Assembly (NCBI RefSeq): GCF_947488835.1
Contig: NZ_CANLBK010000006.1
Location: 40,042-104,041, forward strand
DNA from: an uncultured Marinobacter sp.
GTDB taxonomy: Bacteria; Pseudomonadota; Gammaproteobacteria; Pseudomonadales; Oleiphilaceae
Length of the DNA stretch: 64,000 bases
Reading direction: 5' to 3'
Both the position numbers and the translations under genes were made by a program. The notes below the pieces were generated by a model. It saw only the letters and a list, made by a program, of their open reading frames with translations, made no database searches and was not told the DNA's origin. Positions 31,492 through 43,321 of this stretch are shown one piece after another. Position 1 is the stretch's first letter, and every line of letters begins with the position of its first letter.

Positions 31492-31668
31492 GGCAGTAGG
31501 CTCCTCTTTCGGGGTTTCTGGCGTGATCATGCAAAAGAACATATTTTTCGCAGGCGGCGCATTGTAGCAGAAGGTTCCCCAGCGAGGCACAGCTACCACT
31601 TTACCGACACTTTCGCCGCAGCCGGCGGAACACGGTATAATTCCCGTTTTTTCTCCACGCGAGGTGTT

Positions 31669-34512
31669 ATGGATCATATCCAGATCAAAGGGGCACGTAC
31701 CCACAACCTGAAGAACATCGACCTGGATATCCCGAGGGACAAACTGATCGTCATCACCGGGCTATCAGGCTCAGGCAAGTCGTCCCTGGCATTCGACACG
31801 CTGTATGCCGAAGGGCAGCGACGCTATGTGGAATCCTTGTCCACCTACGCTCGCCAATTTTTGTCGATGATGGAGAAGCCCGATGTAGACCACATCGAAG
31901 GACTTTCTCCAGCCATCTCTATCGAGCAAAAGTCTACATCCCACAACCCTCGCTCGACAGTCGGCACAATTACTGAAATCTACGACTACCTGCGGCTGAT
32001 GTTTGCCCGCGCGGGCGAACCCCGATGCCCGGAACACGGGCAAGCCCTCGAAGCCCAGACAGTAAGCCAGATGGTGGACCAAGTACTGGCGATGCCCGAG
32101 GACAGCAAGCTCATGATCCTTGCGCCGGTGATCCGCGATCGTAAAGGTGAACACCTGCAGGTTGTTGAGACCATGCGCAGCCAGGGGTTTATCCGATTGC
32201 GCGTGGATGGAATCGTTTACGACATTGATGATGTACCGGCACTCGACAAAAAACGTAAACACCAGATTGACGTGGTGGTCGACCGCTTCAAGGTTAAGCC
32301 CGGCCAGGAACAACGACTGGCTGAGAGTTTTGAAACGGCGTTGGGGCTTGCCGATGGCATCGCCTTGGTTGCACCAATGGATGCCGACACAGACAGCGAA
32401 GGAGAAGAACAGACCTTCTCAGCGAAATACGCCTGCACACAGTGCGGTTACGCGCTAAGCGAACTCGAACCCAAGTTGTTTTCCTTCAACAACCCGGCGG
32501 GGGCTTGCCCTACCTGCGACGGACTGGGCGTCAAACAGTTTTTTGACGCCGAAAAAATTGTACAGCACCCGGAATCCACACTTGCAGCCGGTGCCATCAA
32601 AGGCTGGGATCGACGAGCGGTCTATTACTTCCAGATGCTGGGCAACATAGCTGAGCATTACAACATAGACCTCGAAACACCCTGGGAGGAACTCCCGGAA
32701 GACTTCAGGACAATGCTCCTTTTTGGCTCAGGCACCGACGAAATTCCGTTTCGCTACGTGAACTCCCGTGGCCAGATCATGGAGCGTGCCCATTCCTTCG
32801 AGGGCATTATTCCAAATCTCGAACGCCGTTACCGGGAAACGGATTCCCAGAGTGTGCGCGAAGAACTCGCAAGGCACCTCAGCACCCAGCCTTGCAAGGA
32901 GTGTGGCGGCTCCCGGCTTCGGCGCAGCGCTCGCCACGTTTTTATTGAAGATAACAACATTTCCGATCTCACACGCCTTCCGATCGGCGAAGCATTTTCC
33001 TATTTTGACGAACTCGACCTGCCCGGTCGCAAAGGGGAAATCGCCGAAAAAATCACCAAGGAAGTCCGGCAGCGGCTACAATTTTTGGTGAACGTAGGGC
33101 TTGAGTATCTGACACTGGAACGCAGCGCAGACACTCTTTCTGGCGGCGAGGCTCAACGAATCAGGCTCGCCAGCCAAATCGGCGCCGGCCTCGTGGGGGT
33201 CATGTACATACTGGATGAGCCCTCCATCGGGCTTCATCAGCGAGACAATGATCGCCTGTTGAGCACCCTCACCCATCTTCGCGACCTGGGCAACACCGTT
33301 ATCGTTGTCGAGCACGATGAAGACGCCATACGGGCCGCCGACCATGTTATCGATATCGGGCCTGGCGCTGGCGTGCATGGCGGCCAGATAATCGCCCAAG
33401 GCACCCCTGCCGACATTCTTGCGAACCCTGACTCCCTGACCGGCCAATACCTGAGTGGAGTCAAAGAAATAGCCATACCGGCAACTCGTAATAAAGGAAA
33501 CGGCCAAACCCTGACTCTCACTGGCGCCACTGGCAACAACCTGCAAGACGTCACACTAACATTGCCACTAGGTATCATGACCTGCGTAACGGGTGTATCA
33601 GGCTCTGGTAAATCCACACTGATAAACAGCACCCTTTACCCGGTCGCCGCCGCCAAGCTGAACAAAGCAACCAGCCTGACCGCTGCACCGTACAAAGGGC
33701 TAACCGGCCTCGACCAACTGGACAAAGTGATCGACATCGATCAAAGCCCCATCGGCCGAACGCCTCGCTCCAACCCGGCCACCTACACCGGCCTGTTCAC
33801 CCCCATCCGCGAACTGTTCGCCGGAACCCAGGAAGCTCGCTCACGGGGCTACAAACCAGGGCGCTTTTCGTTCAACGTCAAAGGCGGCCGCTGCGAGGCC
33901 TGCCAGGGCGACGGTATGATCAAGGTAGAAATGCACTTCCTGCCAGACGTGTACGTGCCTTGCGACGTGTGCAAAGCCAAACGCTATAACCGGGAAACTC
34001 TCGAAGTTCGCTACAAAGGTAAAAACATCAACGAAGTGCTGAGCATGACCGTTGAAGAAGGCCGGGAGTTTTTCGATGCTGTCCCCTTCCTCGCCAGAAA
34101 GCTGCAAACACTCATCGACGTAGGCCTCTCCTACATCCGCCTTGGGCAAAGCGCAGTCACACTCTCTGGCGGTGAGGCGCAACGCGTAAAGCTCGCCAAA
34201 GAGCTCTCAAAGCGTGACACAGGCAAAACCCTGTACATACTCGACGAACCAACCACAGGCTTGCACTTCTACGACATTCAGCAACTGCTGAATGTGTTGC
34301 AGAGACTGCGAGACCACGGCAACACGATTGTGGTTATCGAGCACAACCTGGATGTGATCAAAACAGCAGACTGGGTGATCGACCTGGGCCCGGAAGGCGG
34401 CTCAGGGGGCGGTCAAATTATTGCAGAAGGTACGCCTGAGGAGGTTGCAGAAAACCCTGCGTCCCATACCGGTCGCTACCTGAAACCAATGCTGGGACAA
34501 AAAGGAAGCTAG
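31669..34512 (+). CDS. uvrA: Excinuclease ABC subunit A
   Basis: GLSGSGKS and GVSGSGKS Walker A motifs, two LSGGEAQR signatures, zinc-finger Cys clusters. Confidence 0.99.
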   Translation: MDHIQIKGARTHNLKNIDLDIPRDKLIVITGLSGSGKSSLAFDTLYAEGQRRYVESLSTYARQFLSMMEKPDVDHIEGLSPAISIEQKSTSHNPRSTVGTITEIYDYLRLMFARAGEPRCPEHGQALEAQTVSQMVDQVLAMPEDSKLMILAPVIRDRKGEHLQVVETMRSQGFIRLRVDGIVYDIDDVPALDKKRKHQIDVVVDRFKVKPGQEQRLAESFETALGLADGIALVAPMDADTDSEGEEQTFSAKYACTQCGYALSELEPKLFSFNNPAGACPTCDGLGVKQFFDAEKIVQHPESTLAAGAIKGWDRRAVYYFQMLGNIAEHYNIDLETPWEELPEDFRTMLLFGSGTDEIPFRYVNSRGQIMERAHSFEGIIPNLERRYRETDSQSVREELARHLSTQPCKECGGSRLRRSARHVFIEDNNISDLTRLPIGEAFSYFDELDLPGRKGEIAEKITKEVRQRLQFLVNVGLEYLTLERSADTLSGGEAQRIRLASQIGAGLVGVMYILDEPSIGLHQRDNDRLLSTLTHLRDLGNTVIVVEHDEDAIRAADHVIDIGPGAGVHGGQIIAQGTPADILANPDSLTGQYLSGVKEIAIPATRNKGNGQTLTLTGATGNNLQDVTLTLPLGIMTCVTGVSGSGKSTLINSTLYPVAAAKLNKATSLTAAPYKGLTGLDQLDKVIDIDQSPIGRTPRSNPATYTGLFTPIRELFAGTQEARSRGYKPGRFSFNVKGGRCEACQGDGMIKVEMHFLPDVYVPCDVCKAKRYNRETLEVRYKGKNINEVLSMTVEEGREFFDAVPFLARKLQTLIDVGLSYIRLGQSAVTLSGGEAQRVKLAKELSKRDTGKTLYILDEPTTGLHFYDIQQLLNVLQRLRDHGNTIVVIEHNLDVIKTADWVIDLGPEGGSGGGQIIAEGTPEEVAENPASHTGRYLKPMLGQKGS

Positions 34513-34531
34513 CACCAAGTATGTTCGGCTT

Positions 34532-34614
34532 GGGGTGGTGGGTTCATTTTCTGCCGGAAAAAGATGTCTGAGCGCAGCGAGTTATTTTTCCAAAGAAAAT
34601 GAACCCACCACCCC
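34532..34614. repeat. REP/MITE-like palindromic element
   Basis: Perfect 21-bp arms GGGGTGGTGGGTTCATTTTCT (34532-34552) and AGAAAATGAACCCACCACCCC (34594-34614), with an inner GGAAAAA/TTTTTCC stem. Confidence 0.7.
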
Positions 34615-34664
34615 GGGCCAGCCCCCTAAGCAGGCACCGCCGAATCAACCACCAAATTTTAGAC

Positions 34665-34702
34665 ACAAAAAAACCGGGAACCTTACGGACCCGGTTTTTT
34701 GT
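34665..34702. terminator. Bidirectional terminator for rplQ (alpha operon) and uvrA
   Basis: ACAAAAAAACCGGG...CCCGGTTTTTTGT. Confidence 0.85.
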
Positions 34703-34718
34703 GGACTAACGAACGATA

Positions 34719-35117
34719 TTACTCGTCGCCTTCGTCCACTTCTTCTGCTTCGATGTCCAACGGACGACCTACCAGCTCAACGAATGCCATAGGGGCATTG
34801 TCGCCAGCACGGAAGCCACACTTCAAAATACGAAGGTAACCACCCGGACGCTCGTTGTAACGGGGACCAAGCTCGTTAAACAGCTTGGCTACCGCCGCGT
34901 CGTCGCGCAGGCGAGAAAACGCCAGACGACGATTCGCTACCGAATCTACTTTGGCGAGCGTGATCAAAGGCTCGGCTACACGACGAAGCTCTTTGGCTTT
35001 CGGCAGCGTTGTTTTAATCAGCTCATGACCAACCAGTGACGCAGTCATGTTACGAAACATGGCCTTGCGATGCGCACTGGTCCTGCTGAACTTACGACCA
35101 CTCTTACGATGACGCAT
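34719..35117 (-). CDS. rplQ: 50S ribosomal protein L17
   Basis: [20 protein letters not shown]. Confidence 0.99.
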   Translation of the reverse strand: MRHRKSGRKFSRTSAHRKAMFRNMTASLVGHELIKTTLPKAKELRRVAEPLITLAKVDSVANRRLAFSRLRDDAAVAKLFNELGPRYNERPGGYLRILKCGFRAGDNAPMAFVELVGRPLDIEAEEVDEGDE

Positions 35118-35150
35118 TGCTCTGATTCCTTACCTTAAACTAATCGGCAA

Positions 35151-36155
35151 TCAACCGCCCAGAACCCGGTCGTCGCCACGAAGGCTAGCCGGTGGCCAGT
35201 TATCAAGACGCATTCCCAGAGACAAACCACGGGACGCCAAAACGTCCTTGATCTCGGTGAGCGACTTCTTACCAAGGTTAGGCGTCTTCAACAGCTCAAC
35301 TTCTGTGCGCTGGATCAGATCACCGATGTAGTAAATATTTTCAGCCTTCAAGCAGTTAGCCGAACGTACCGTCAACTCAAGATCATCAACCGGACGCAGC
35401 AGAATCGGATCAATTTCTTCCTCTTCCTCTACACGCTCAGGCTCTTTTTCATGATCAAAATCGACAAATACTGCCAGTTGCTGCTGGAGAATGGTCGCTG
35501 CCCGGCGAATTGCTTCTTCCGGATCGATGGTTCCATTGGTCTCCAAATCAATAACCAGCTTGTCCAGATCGGTACGCTGCTCTACCCGTGCACTTTCCAC
35601 TGAGTAGGCTACACGGCGAACCGGACTGAAGGTTGCATCCAGCTGCAGACGGCCGATGGCGCGGGTTTCATCTTCATCGAGACCACGCTGGTCAGCCGGC
35701 TCATAGCCGCGACCGCGAGCAACACGCAGACGCATGTTCACTTCACCTTTTTCACTCAGGTGACAGATCACATGATCCGGGTTGGAAATCTCAACGTCGT
35801 GATCCAGCTTGATATCACCAGCTGTAACGACGCCCGGGCCTTTCTTGCTGAGGGTTAGCTCAGTGTCGTCCCGACCGTTCATTTTGACCGCAACGCCCTT
35901 GAGATTCAGAAGAATCTCAATGACGTCTTCCTGGACACCTTCAATCGCGCTGTACTCGTGCAAGACACCGTCGATCTGCGCTTCAGTAACAGCGCAGCCC
36001 GGCATCGAAGACAAGAGAATGCGGCGCAGTGCACTTCCCAAAGTGTGTCCAAAACCTCTTTCCAGAGGCTCCAGAGTAACTTTGGCGCGCATCGCACTGG
36101 TTTCCTTCACGTCAATGGTACGAGGTGTCAATAACTCTTGTACTGAACGCTGCAT
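35151..36155 (-). CDS. rpoA: RNA polymerase alpha subunit
   Basis: [33 protein letters not shown]. Confidence 0.99.
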   Translation of the reverse strand: MQRSVQELLTPRTIDVKETSAMRAKVTLEPLERGFGHTLGSALRRILLSSMPGCAVTEAQIDGVLHEYSAIEGVQEDVIEILLNLKGVAVKMNGRDDTELTLSKKGPGVVTAGDIKLDHDVEISNPDHVICHLSEKGEVNMRLRVARGRGYEPADQRGLDEDETRAIGRLQLDATFSPVRRVAYSVESARVEQRTDLDKLVIDLETNGTIDPEEAIRRAATILQQQLAVFVDFDHEKEPERVEEEEEIDPILLRPVDDLELTVRSANCLKAENIYYIGDLIQRTEVELLKTPNLGKKSLTEIKDVLASRGLSLGMRLDNWPPASLRGDDRVLGG

Positions 36156-36190
36156 AGACGCCCCTATCTACTATCGTTGCTTATCAGGCT

Positions 36191-36811
36191 TTACTTGGAG
36201 TAAAGCTCGACGATGAGGTTCTCGTTGATGTCGGCCGGCAATTCAGTACGCTCAGGCACTGACTTGTAAACGCCGGACATCTTAGTGGCGTCGACCTCTA
36301 CCCAGCTCACCGGTGCACGGCTTGCAGACAGTTCCAGAGCGCCTTTAACACGCAGCTGGTTTCTGGCTTTTTCACGCACGCTCACAACATCGCCTGGCTT
36401 GACTTTGTAGGAAGGAATATTCACCACCTTGTCGTTAACCAGAATCGCCTTGTGAGAGACGAGCTGTCGGGATTCAGCACGGGTAGAACCAAAACCCATG
36501 CGGTATGCAACGTTGTCAAGACGCGTCTCAAGAAGTTGCAGCAGGTTCTCACCCGTTGCGCCCTTCAAACGAGCCGCCTCTTTATAATAGTTGCGGAATT
36601 GCTTTTCCAGTACACCGTAAATACGACGAACCTTCTGCTTTTCACGAAGCTGAACGCCATATTCAGACAGACGGCTGCGACGTGCGCCGTGCATACCTGG
36701 TGGAGTCTCGATGTTGCACTTGGAATCCAGCGCGCGAACACCGCTCTTCAGAAAAAGATCTGTCCCTTCACGACGAGACAGTTTGCACTTCGGGCCTATA
36801 TAACGAGCCAT
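36191..36811 (-). CDS. rpsD: 30S ribosomal protein S4
   Basis: [23 protein letters not shown]. Confidence 0.99.
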   Translation of the reverse strand: MARYIGPKCKLSRREGTDLFLKSGVRALDSKCNIETPPGMHGARRSRLSEYGVQLREKQKVRRIYGVLEKQFRNYYKEAARLKGATGENLLQLLETRLDNVAYRMGFGSTRAESRQLVSHKAILVNDKVVNIPSYKVKPGDVVSVREKARNQLRVKGALELSASRAPVSWVEVDATKMSGVYKSVPERTELPADINENLIVELYSK

Positions 36812-36829
36812 AATTCACTGTCTCCTGTG

Positions 36830-37219
36830 TTAGACGCGGCGCTTTTTAGGCGGACGACAGCCGTTATGGGGAATCGGCGTCACATCTGTGATGTTAGTGA
36901 TCTTGTAGCCGCACGAATTCAATGCACGAACTGCAGACTCACGTCCGGGCCCGGGACCCTTAACCTCTACGTCCAGGTTTTTAAGGCCGTATTCAGCAGC
37001 CGCGTTACCGGCTCTTTCAGCTGCTACCTGCGCAGCAAAAGGTGTGCTCTTACGTGACCCACGAAAACCAGAACCACCAGAGGTGGCCCAGGACAGGACG
37101 TTGCCCTGACGGTCAGAAATGGTCACGATCGTGTTGTTGAAGGACGCGTGTATGTGCGCGACGCCATCAACAACGGTCTTTTTCACCTTTTTACGGGTAC
37201 GTGTACCTGGCTTTGCCAT
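36830..37219 (-). CDS. rpsK: 30S ribosomal protein S11
   Basis: [31 protein letters not shown]. Confidence 0.99.
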   Translation of the reverse strand: MAKPGTRTRKKVKKTVVDGVAHIHASFNNTIVTISDRQGNVLSWATSGGSGFRGSRKSTPFAAQVAAERAGNAAAEYGLKNLDVEVKGPGPGRESAVRALNSCGYKITNITDVTPIPHNGCRPPKKRRV

Positions 37220-37232
37220 GTTTGCCTACCTG

Positions 37233-37589
37233 TTACTTACGAATAGGTTTGCGAGGACCTTTACGGGTGCGTGCGTTGGTCTTGGTGCGCTGACCACGGA
37301 CTGGAAGTCCATGACGATGGCGCAGACCACGGTGACATCCGAGATCCTTCAAACGCTTAATGTTCATCTGTACTTCACGACGCAGATCGCCTTCAACGAT
37401 TACCTTACCCACTTCAGTACGAAGTGTCTCAAGTTGCTCGTCGGACAGGTCCTTGACCTTGACGTCCGGCTTAACACCGGTTGCATCGCAAAGCTTCTGG
37501 GCTGTTGTCTTGCCAACACCAAAGATGTAGGTCAGCGAGATAACAGCATGTTTGTGATCGGGTATATTGACACCGGCTATACGTGCCAT
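37233..37589 (-). CDS. rpsM: 30S ribosomal protein S13
   Basis: [10 protein letters not shown]...[13 protein letters not shown]. Start moved to 37589. Confidence 0.99.
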   Translation of the reverse strand: MARIAGVNIPDHKHAVISLTYIFGVGKTTAQKLCDATGVKPDVKVKDLSDEQLETLRTEVGKVIVEGDLRREVQMNIKRLKDLGCHRGLRHRHGLPVRGQRTKTNARTRKGPRKPIRK

Positions 37590-37652
37590 CCAAATTACTC
37601 CGCGTTCAAAGCTTTGCTGTGTGAATTTTCCGCCACAAAAATGGGGCGCGAA

Positions 37653-37682
37653 ATAATAGCGCCTGACTCGGCATCGAGTCAA
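37653..37682 (-). promoter_or_regulatory. Sigma70 promoter of the alpha operon
   Basis: TTGACT-N18-TATTAT followed by the GC-rich discriminator TCGCGCC. Confidence 0.7.
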
Positions 37683-37731
37683 GCGCCATCATTACGAACC
37701 TCTTTTGCAACCAGGTTAGTTCCCGAAGGAA

Positions 37732-37845
37732 TTAGCCCTGACGCTGCTTGTGGCGAGGCTCCGAGCAAATGACTCTTACTGAGCCATTGCGACGAATTAC
37801 TTTGCAGTTACGGCAAATTTTCTTTACCGAAGCGCGTACTTTCAT
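37732..37845 (-). CDS. rpmJ: 50S ribosomal protein L36 (Zn-binding form), absent from the ORF track
   Basis: Hand translation [37 protein letters not shown] (37 aa). Confidence 0.98.
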   Translation of the reverse strand: MKVRASVKKICRNCKVIRRNGSVRVICSEPRHKQRQG

Positions 37846-37876
37846 TGTCGACTCCAGTTTTCAAGGGGAACGGGTG

Positions 37877-39199
37877 TTACCCGTTCCGTCCATAGCCCTT
37901 GAGATTGGACTTCTTCATCAGCGATTCATACTGATGCGACATCAGGTGCGACTGAACCTGCGCCATGAAATCCATCACCACGACTACAACAATCAGCAGT
38001 GAGGTGCCGCCCAAATAGAACGGAACATTCCCGGCCACCATCAGAAACTGAGGGAACAGAGAAACTGCTGCAATGTACATTGCACCGAACAGGGTCAGAC
38101 GAGTCAGAACGCCATCAATGTATTTGGCTGTCTGATCGCCCGGACGAATGCCCGGTATAAATGCGCCAGAGCGCTTGAGATTATCCGCAACTTCTTTCGG
38201 GTTATACATCAAGGCTGTGTAGAAGAAGCAGAAGAATACCACCGCTGCTGCAAACAGAATAATGTATAACGGTTGGCTTGGCGCCAATGCCTGGGAAATA
38301 TCACTGAGCCACTCCATGCCTTCACCCTGACCAAACCACTGCCCGAGGGATGCCGGGAACAGCAGAATGGACGAAGCAAAGATGGGCGGGATAACCCCGG
38401 CCATATTCACTTTCAAAGGCAAATGACTGGATTGCTGGGCAAATACCCGGCGGCCTTGCTGCCGTTTTGCATAGTTGATGGTCAAACGCCGCTGACCACG
38501 CTCCATGAAGACCACGAAGCCCACTACCGCAATAGCAAGAATGCCGATACCCAGAACCACCAACAGGCTCATTTCACCATTACGAGCCTGCTCCAGAGTC
38601 TGGCCTATTGCGCCGGGAAGCCCAGCGACAATACCTGCAAAAATCAGCAGGGAGATGCCGTTACCGACACCACGCTCAGTAATCTGCTCACCTAGCCACA
38701 TCATGAAGACCGCACCACTGACAAAAGACACAACTGCCACAAAGTGGAAGCTGAAACTATCGTTAAAGGTGACGCCTTGAGAGGCAAGACCTACAGAAAT
38801 ACCAAAACCCTGAACCAGAGCCAGGAGAACCGTACCGTACCGCGTATACTGGCTTATCTTGCGACGTCCAGCCTCACCCTCTTTTTTCAGCTGCTCAAGC
38901 TGCGGACTTACCGCAGTCATGAGCTGCATGATAATCGAGGCGGAGATATACGGCATGATACCGAGAGCGAAGATACTCATGCGCTCGAGCGCACCACCTG
39001 AGAACATGTTGAACATACTCAGGATCGTGCCCTGATTCTGTTCGAACAGTGCCGCCAAACGGTCGGGGTTTATTCCTGGCACCGGGATGTGGGCACCGAT
39101 CCGGTACACCAGCAATGCCAGGAAGACAAACCAGAGCCTGGATTTCAGCTCAGCAAGTCCTTTTCCCGCGCCCGCAGGCAATGATGCGTTCTTCGCCAT
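37877..39199 (-). CDS. secY: Preprotein translocase SecY
   Basis: [45 protein letters not shown]. Confidence 0.99.
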   Translation of the reverse strand: MAKNASLPAGAGKGLAELKSRLWFVFLALLVYRIGAHIPVPGINPDRLAALFEQNQGTILSMFNMFSGGALERMSIFALGIMPYISASIIMQLMTAVSPQLEQLKKEGEAGRRKISQYTRYGTVLLALVQGFGISVGLASQGVTFNDSFSFHFVAVVSFVSGAVFMMWLGEQITERGVGNGISLLIFAGIVAGLPGAIGQTLEQARNGEMSLLVVLGIGILAIAVVGFVVFMERGQRRLTINYAKRQQGRRVFAQQSSHLPLKVNMAGVIPPIFASSILLFPASLGQWFGQGEGMEWLSDISQALAPSQPLYIILFAAAVVFFCFFYTALMYNPKEVADNLKRSGAFIPGIRPGDQTAKYIDGVLTRLTLFGAMYIAAVSLFPQFLMVAGNVPFYLGGTSLLIVVVVVMDFMAQVQSHLMSHQYESLMKKSNLKGYGRNG

Positions 39200-39216
39200 T
39201 TAGTCCTCGACTCGCC

Positions 39217-39651
39217 TTAGTCTTCGACTTTGCCACCCGCGGCAGAAATTGCCTCGCGCGCGCCTTTGGTTACACGAAGTCCCTTTACAGTTACTGCGCG
39301 GTCAAGTTCGCCGGACAGAATAACCTTAGCTTCGCGAATTTCTTCGCGGATGATGTCAGCCTTCTTGAGCGCTGCAAGATCCACAACATCGCCTTCAACC
39401 TTGGCCAACTCGTTCAATCGAATCTCGGCAACATAGCGCTGTTGGCGCGATGTAAAGCCAAACTTCGGCAGACGACGAGCCAAAGGCTGCTGACCACCCT
39501 CGAAACCAGGGGCAACGCTGCCACCGGAACGGGATTTAAGACCCTTGTGACCGCGGCCGCCGGTCTTACCGAGGCCGCTACCGATACCACGACCAACACG
39601 CTTGGCGGCGGGACGTGAACCGGGTTCTGGACTAAGCTCGTTCAGACGCAT
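39217..39651 (-). CDS. rplO: 50S ribosomal protein L15
   Basis: [24 protein letters not shown]. Start moved to 39651. Confidence 0.99.
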   Translation of the reverse strand: MRLNELSPEPGSRPAAKRVGRGIGSGLGKTGGRGHKGLKSRSGGSVAPGFEGGQQPLARRLPKFGFTSRQQRYVAEIRLNELAKVEGDVVDLAALKKADIIREEIREAKVILSGELDRAVTVKGLRVTKGAREAISAAGGKVED

Positions 39652-39652
39652 C

Positions 39653-39841
39653 TTAGTTCTCCTCAACCCGAACCAGGTAATCTACCCGGTTGATCATGCC
39701 GCGAATAGAAGGAGTGTCCTCTACTTCAACGGTGTGACCGATTTTACGAAGACCCAGGCCCTTCACACAAAGTTTGTGCTTGGGCTGGCAGCCGATTGGG
39801 CTGCGGGTCAGAGTTACTTTGATCGTATTTGCGTTCGCCAT
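39653..39841 (-). CDS. rpmD: 50S ribosomal protein L30
   Basis: [11 protein letters not shown]...[11 protein letters not shown]. Start moved to 39841. Confidence 0.97.
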   Translation of the reverse strand: MANANTIKVTLTRSPIGCQPKHKLCVKGLGLRKIGHTVEVEDTPSIRGMINRVDYLVRVEEN

Positions 39842-39845
39842 GACT

Positions 39846-40346
39846 TCAACCCAGAATTTCTTCGACGGATTTACCGCGCTTGGCTGCAATATCCTCAGGC
39901 GCCTGTGTAGCCTGAAGACCCTTGATGGTGGAACGTACCACGTTCACCGGGTTGGTAGACCCGTAACACTTGGACAGTACGTTCTGAACCCCTGCAACTT
40001 CCAACACAGCACGCATTGCACCACCGGCAATGATTCCTGTACCTTCAGACGCTGGCTGCATGTACACCTTAGAGCCACCGTGCTGGGCCCGAACTGCGTA
40101 CTGCAGGGTAGTACCGTCAAGCGGAATATCTACCATGTTCTTACGTGCAGCTTCCATCGCCTTCTGAATCGCAACAGGCACTTCACGTGCCTTACCGCGA
40201 CCAAAGCCAACGCGTCCTTTTCCGTCACCAACAACGCTCAGCGCGGTGAACGCAAAAACGCGACCGCCCTTGACCACTTTAGCAACGCGATTCACCTGAA
40301 CCAGCTTTTCCTGGAGCTCAGGCGCCTTCTGATCGTTAACGCTCAT
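39846..40346 (-). CDS. rpsE: 30S ribosomal protein S5
   Basis: [20 protein letters not shown]. Start moved to 40346. Confidence 0.99.
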   Translation of the reverse strand: MSVNDQKAPELQEKLVQVNRVAKVVKGGRVFAFTALSVVGDGKGRVGFGRGKAREVPVAIQKAMEAARKNMVDIPLDGTTLQYAVRAQHGGSKVYMQPASEGTGIIAGGAMRAVLEVAGVQNVLSKCYGSTNPVNVVRSTIKGLQATQAPEDIAAKRGKSVEEILG

Positions 40347-40358
40347 CTTCTCCACCTC

Positions 40359-40706
40359 TTAGAATTGCAAGCCAGCTTCACGGGCTGCATCGGCCAAAGC
40401 CTGTACACGTCCGTGATAACGGTAACCGGAGCGGTCGAATGCTACCTGCTCCACACCTGCCGCCTTGGCACGCTCAGCAATCAGCTGACCAACCTTCTTG
40501 GCGGCATCCACGTTACCGGTTGCACCCTGGCGCAATTCCTTATCCAACGTGGAGGCAGTGGCTAAAACCTGACTGCCATCTGCTGTCGTAACCTGGGCGT
40601 ACATGTGACGCGGAGTGCGGTGAACGCACAAACGTGTCGTACCCAGTTCACGGATCTTCATGCGCACTTTGCGTGCGCGACGCAATCTTTCGTTATTCGC
40701 GCTCAT
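40359..40706 (-). CDS. rplR: 50S ribosomal protein L18
   Basis: [19 protein letters not shown]. Confidence 0.99.
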   Translation of the reverse strand: MSANNERLRRARKVRMKIRELGTTRLCVHRTPRHMYAQVTTADGSQVLATASTLDKELRQGATGNVDAAKKVGQLIAERAKAAGVEQVAFDRSGYRYHGRVQALADAAREAGLQF

Positions 40707-40715
40707 AGTCCCGCC

Positions 40716-41249
40716 TTATTTCTTCTTGGCTTCTTTGCGTCTTACCTGCTCATCCGCATACCGAACACCTTTGCCCTTATAAGGCTCGGGCGGACGGAAC
40801 GCGCGGATTTCCGCAGCGACGTGGCCAACCTGTTGCTTGTCGATACCGCGAATAACTACTTCCGTATTGGACGGAGTTTCAACGGTAATCCCCTCGGGCA
40901 GCTCATAGGAAACCGGGTGAGAAAAACCCAGAGTCAAATTGAGCTTCGTACCTTGCGCCTGGGCCCGATAACCAACACCGACCAGCTGGAGCTTACGCTC
41001 AAAGCCTGCGGATACACCGGTTACCATATTGTTGACCAGCGCGCGGGTTGTACCAGCAAGAGCGCGGGACTTTTGGGCACCATCGCGAGCAGCAAAACGC
41101 AGAAGATTCTCTTCCTGTTTTACTTCAACCGCTTGGTGAATCGAAAATTCAAGAGCTCCTTTGGAGCCCTTAACACTAATTTCCTGGCCGTTCAGCTTAA
41201 CCTCAACACCGGAAGGCAGCACGACAGGATTATTGGCAACCCTGGACAT
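40716..41249 (-). CDS. rplF: 50S ribosomal protein L6
   Basis: [17 protein letters not shown]. Confidence 0.99.
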   Translation of the reverse strand: MSRVANNPVVLPSGVEVKLNGQEISVKGSKGALEFSIHQAVEVKQEENLLRFAARDGAQKSRALAGTTRALVNNMVTGVSAGFERKLQLVGVGYRAQAQGTKLNLTLGFSHPVSYELPEGITVETPSNTEVVIRGIDKQQVGHVAAEIRAFRPPEPYKGKGVRYADEQVRRKEAKKK

Positions 41250-41258
41250 GTGATTCTC

Positions 41259-41651
41259 CTAGAATACGGTGCAGATGACTTCGCCACCCACGCCAGCAGC
41301 TCGTGCGGCGCGGTCAGTCATAACGCCCTTGGACGTAGAGACTATCGCGACTCCTAAACCACCGGATACCTTCGGCAGTTCCCCAGCGCCTTTGTACTGA
41401 CGCAGACTTGGGCGGCTTACCCGCTTAATCTGTTCAATAACCGGCTTACCACCGAAATACTTGAGCGTGATGGTCAACTCAGGCTTTACATCGGCAGTAA
41501 CGGAAAAATCTGCAACATAGCCTTCGTCTTTGAGAACCTGGGCTACTGAGATCTTCATTTTTGAAGACGGCATCGTAACGTCTGCTTTCGATGCCATCTG
41601 TGCGTTACGAATACGGGTTACCATATCCGCAAGCGTGTCTTGCATGCTCAT
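41259..41651 (-). CDS. rpsH: 30S ribosomal protein S8
   Basis: [24 protein letters not shown]. Start moved to 41651. Confidence 0.99.
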   Translation of the reverse strand: MSMQDTLADMVTRIRNAQMASKADVTMPSSKMKISVAQVLKDEGYVADFSVTADVKPELTITLKYFGGKPVIEQIKRVSRPSLRQYKGAGELPKVSGGLGVAIVSTSKGVMTDRAARAAGVGGEVICTVF

Positions 41652-41740
41652 TGGTATGAGGCTCCTGATCTTTTTAGTTGTGCAGCGGCGCGCCGCACCG
41701 CTTACCAACAGGCATCCTGACCTAAGCCAGGATACCTATC

Positions 41741-42046
41741 TTACCAGCTTGCCTTGGTCAGGCCCGGAACGTCGCCACGCATGCCGTACTCACGGAGTTT
41801 AATCCGTGAAAGTTCGAACTTGCGCAGAACGCCATGGGGACGACCAGTCACCTGGCAACGATTACGAAGACGCGATGGAGAAGCATCACGAGGAAGCTGC
41901 TGGAGCTTCATCTGCGCATCCCAACGGTCATCATCGCTGGTATTTGGGTTCTTGATAATCGCCTTGAGTTCAGCGCGCTTCGCTGCAAACTTCGCAACGG
42001 TTTGTTCGCGCTTCAGCTCACGGTTTTTCATTGAAACCTTAGCCAT
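41741..42046 (-). CDS. rpsN: 30S ribosomal protein S14 (101 aa, non-Zn form)
   Basis: [10 protein letters not shown]...[12 protein letters not shown]...GLTKASW. Start moved to 42046. Confidence 0.99.
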   Translation of the reverse strand: MAKVSMKNRELKREQTVAKFAAKRAELKAIIKNPNTSDDDRWDAQMKLQQLPRDASPSRLRNRCQVTGRPHGVLRKFELSRIKLREYGMRGDVPGLTKASW

Positions 42047-42059
42047 TACTCTCGTTCCT

Positions 42060-42599
42060 TTATTTCTTGAACGGAAAGCCGAAAGCTTTGAGCAGCTCGC
42101 GACCTTCGTCGTCGGTACGGGCACTGGTGGTAATGGTGATATCCAGCCCGCGGATCTTGTCGACTTTGTCGTACTCGATCTCTGGGAAGATGATCTGCTC
42201 ACGCACACCCATGCTGTAGTTACCGCGCCCGTCAAAGGACTTGGGATTAAGACCACGGAAGTCACGAATACGGGGAACCGCAATGTGAACCAGGCGATCA
42301 AAGAAATCCCACATACGCTCACCGCGCAGGGTAACTTTACAACCGATCGGCCATCCTTCACGGATTTTGAAACCCGCAACGGACTTACGCGCTGTAGTAA
42401 CAACAACTTTTTGACCTGCCAGGCGCTCTAGATCTGCCACAGCATTCTCAATCAGCTTTTTGTCGCCAACCGCTTCGCCGACACCCATGTTCAGGGTAAT
42501 TTTCTCGATACGCGGCACCTGCATGACGTTCTTGAAACCGAACTCTTTCTGCAGGGCAGGTACCACTTCCTTGCTGTACTGCTCTTTCATGTTAAGCAT
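42060..42599 (-). CDS. rplE: 50S ribosomal protein L5
   Basis: [23 protein letters not shown]. Start probably ATG 42599. Confidence 0.99.
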   Translation of the reverse strand: MLNMKEQYSKEVVPALQKEFGFKNVMQVPRIEKITLNMGVGEAVGDKKLIENAVADLERLAGQKVVVTTARKSVAGFKIREGWPIGCKVTLRGERMWDFFDRLVHIAVPRIRDFRGLNPKSFDGRGNYSMGVREQIIFPEIEYDKVDKIRGLDITITTSARTDDEGRELLKAFGFPFKK

Positions 42600-42614
42600 C
42601 GTAACCACCACCGC

Positions 42615-42935
42615 TTACTGGTTATCGACAGCTTCTTTCGTAGCTTTGAAGATCCGCGTCTTCGTCCCGTCTTCCTTAATCTGGAAGCCAACACGATCGG
42701 CTTTGCCGGTCTGCGGATTAAAAACAGCTACGTTGGAAGCCTGGATAGGCGCTTCTTTTTCGACGATGCCACCGGGGGTGCCCAACATCGGGTTTGGTTT
42801 AGTGTGTTTCTTCATCATATTGATGCCGGAAACAATCACCTTGCCATCGTCCTGAACTTTCAGAACTTTACCACGTTTGCCTTTGTCTTTCCCCGTAGTG
42901 ACGATTACTTCGTCATCTCGTTTAATCTTTTTCAT
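42615..42935 (-). CDS. rplX: 50S ribosomal protein L24
   Basis: KOW motif GKDKGKRG. Confidence 0.99.
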   Translation of the reverse strand: MKKIKRDDEVIVTTGKDKGKRGKVLKVQDDGKVIVSGINMMKKHTKPNPMLGTPGGIVEKEAPIQASNVAVFNPQTGKADRVGFQIKEDGTKTRIFKATKEAVDNQ

Positions 42936-42952
42936 AACCGGCCTCTGGTCCT

Positions 42953-43321
42953 TTAAAGTACTTCGGGTGCCAGTGAGATAATTTTCATGAACTTTTCGTT
43001 TCGCAGCTCACGGGTAACCGGTCCGAAGATACGGGTACCAATGGGTGCGTCCTGATTGTTCAGAAGTACAGCCGCGTTGCCGTCGAAACGGATAAGCGAC
43101 CCATCGGGACGGCGAACACCCTTACGGGTGCGCACTACTACAGCCTTCAAGACCTGGCCTTTCTTCACTTTTCCGCGGGGGATGGCTTCCTTAACGGTCA
43201 CCTTAATGATATCCCCAATGGCGGCATAACGCCGGTGTGAACCGCCCAGGACCTTGATGCACATCACCTGACGCGCACCACTGTTATCCGCGACTTCAAG
43301 CATTGTCTGAGTCTGAATCAT
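42953..43321 (-). CDS. rplN: 50S ribosomal protein L14
   Basis: [15 protein letters not shown]. Confidence 0.99.
   Translation of the reverse strand: MIQTQTMLEVADNSGARQVMCIKVLGGSHRRYAAIGDIIKVTVKEAIPRGKVKKGQVLKAVVVRTRKGVRRPDGSLIRFDGNAAVLLNNQDAPIGTRIFGPVTRELRNEKFMKIISLAPEVL

Noticed and set aside
37560-37650. E. coli-type S4 pseudoknot in the alpha leader
   Set aside because: The leader is only about 57 nt and the required pairings with the rpsM coding sequence are not evident.
42585-42605. S8 operator at the rplE start (UACGAUG...CAUGA)
   Set aside because: Only partial resemblance to the E. coli site, and I could not build the extended lower stem. Unresolved rather than excluded.
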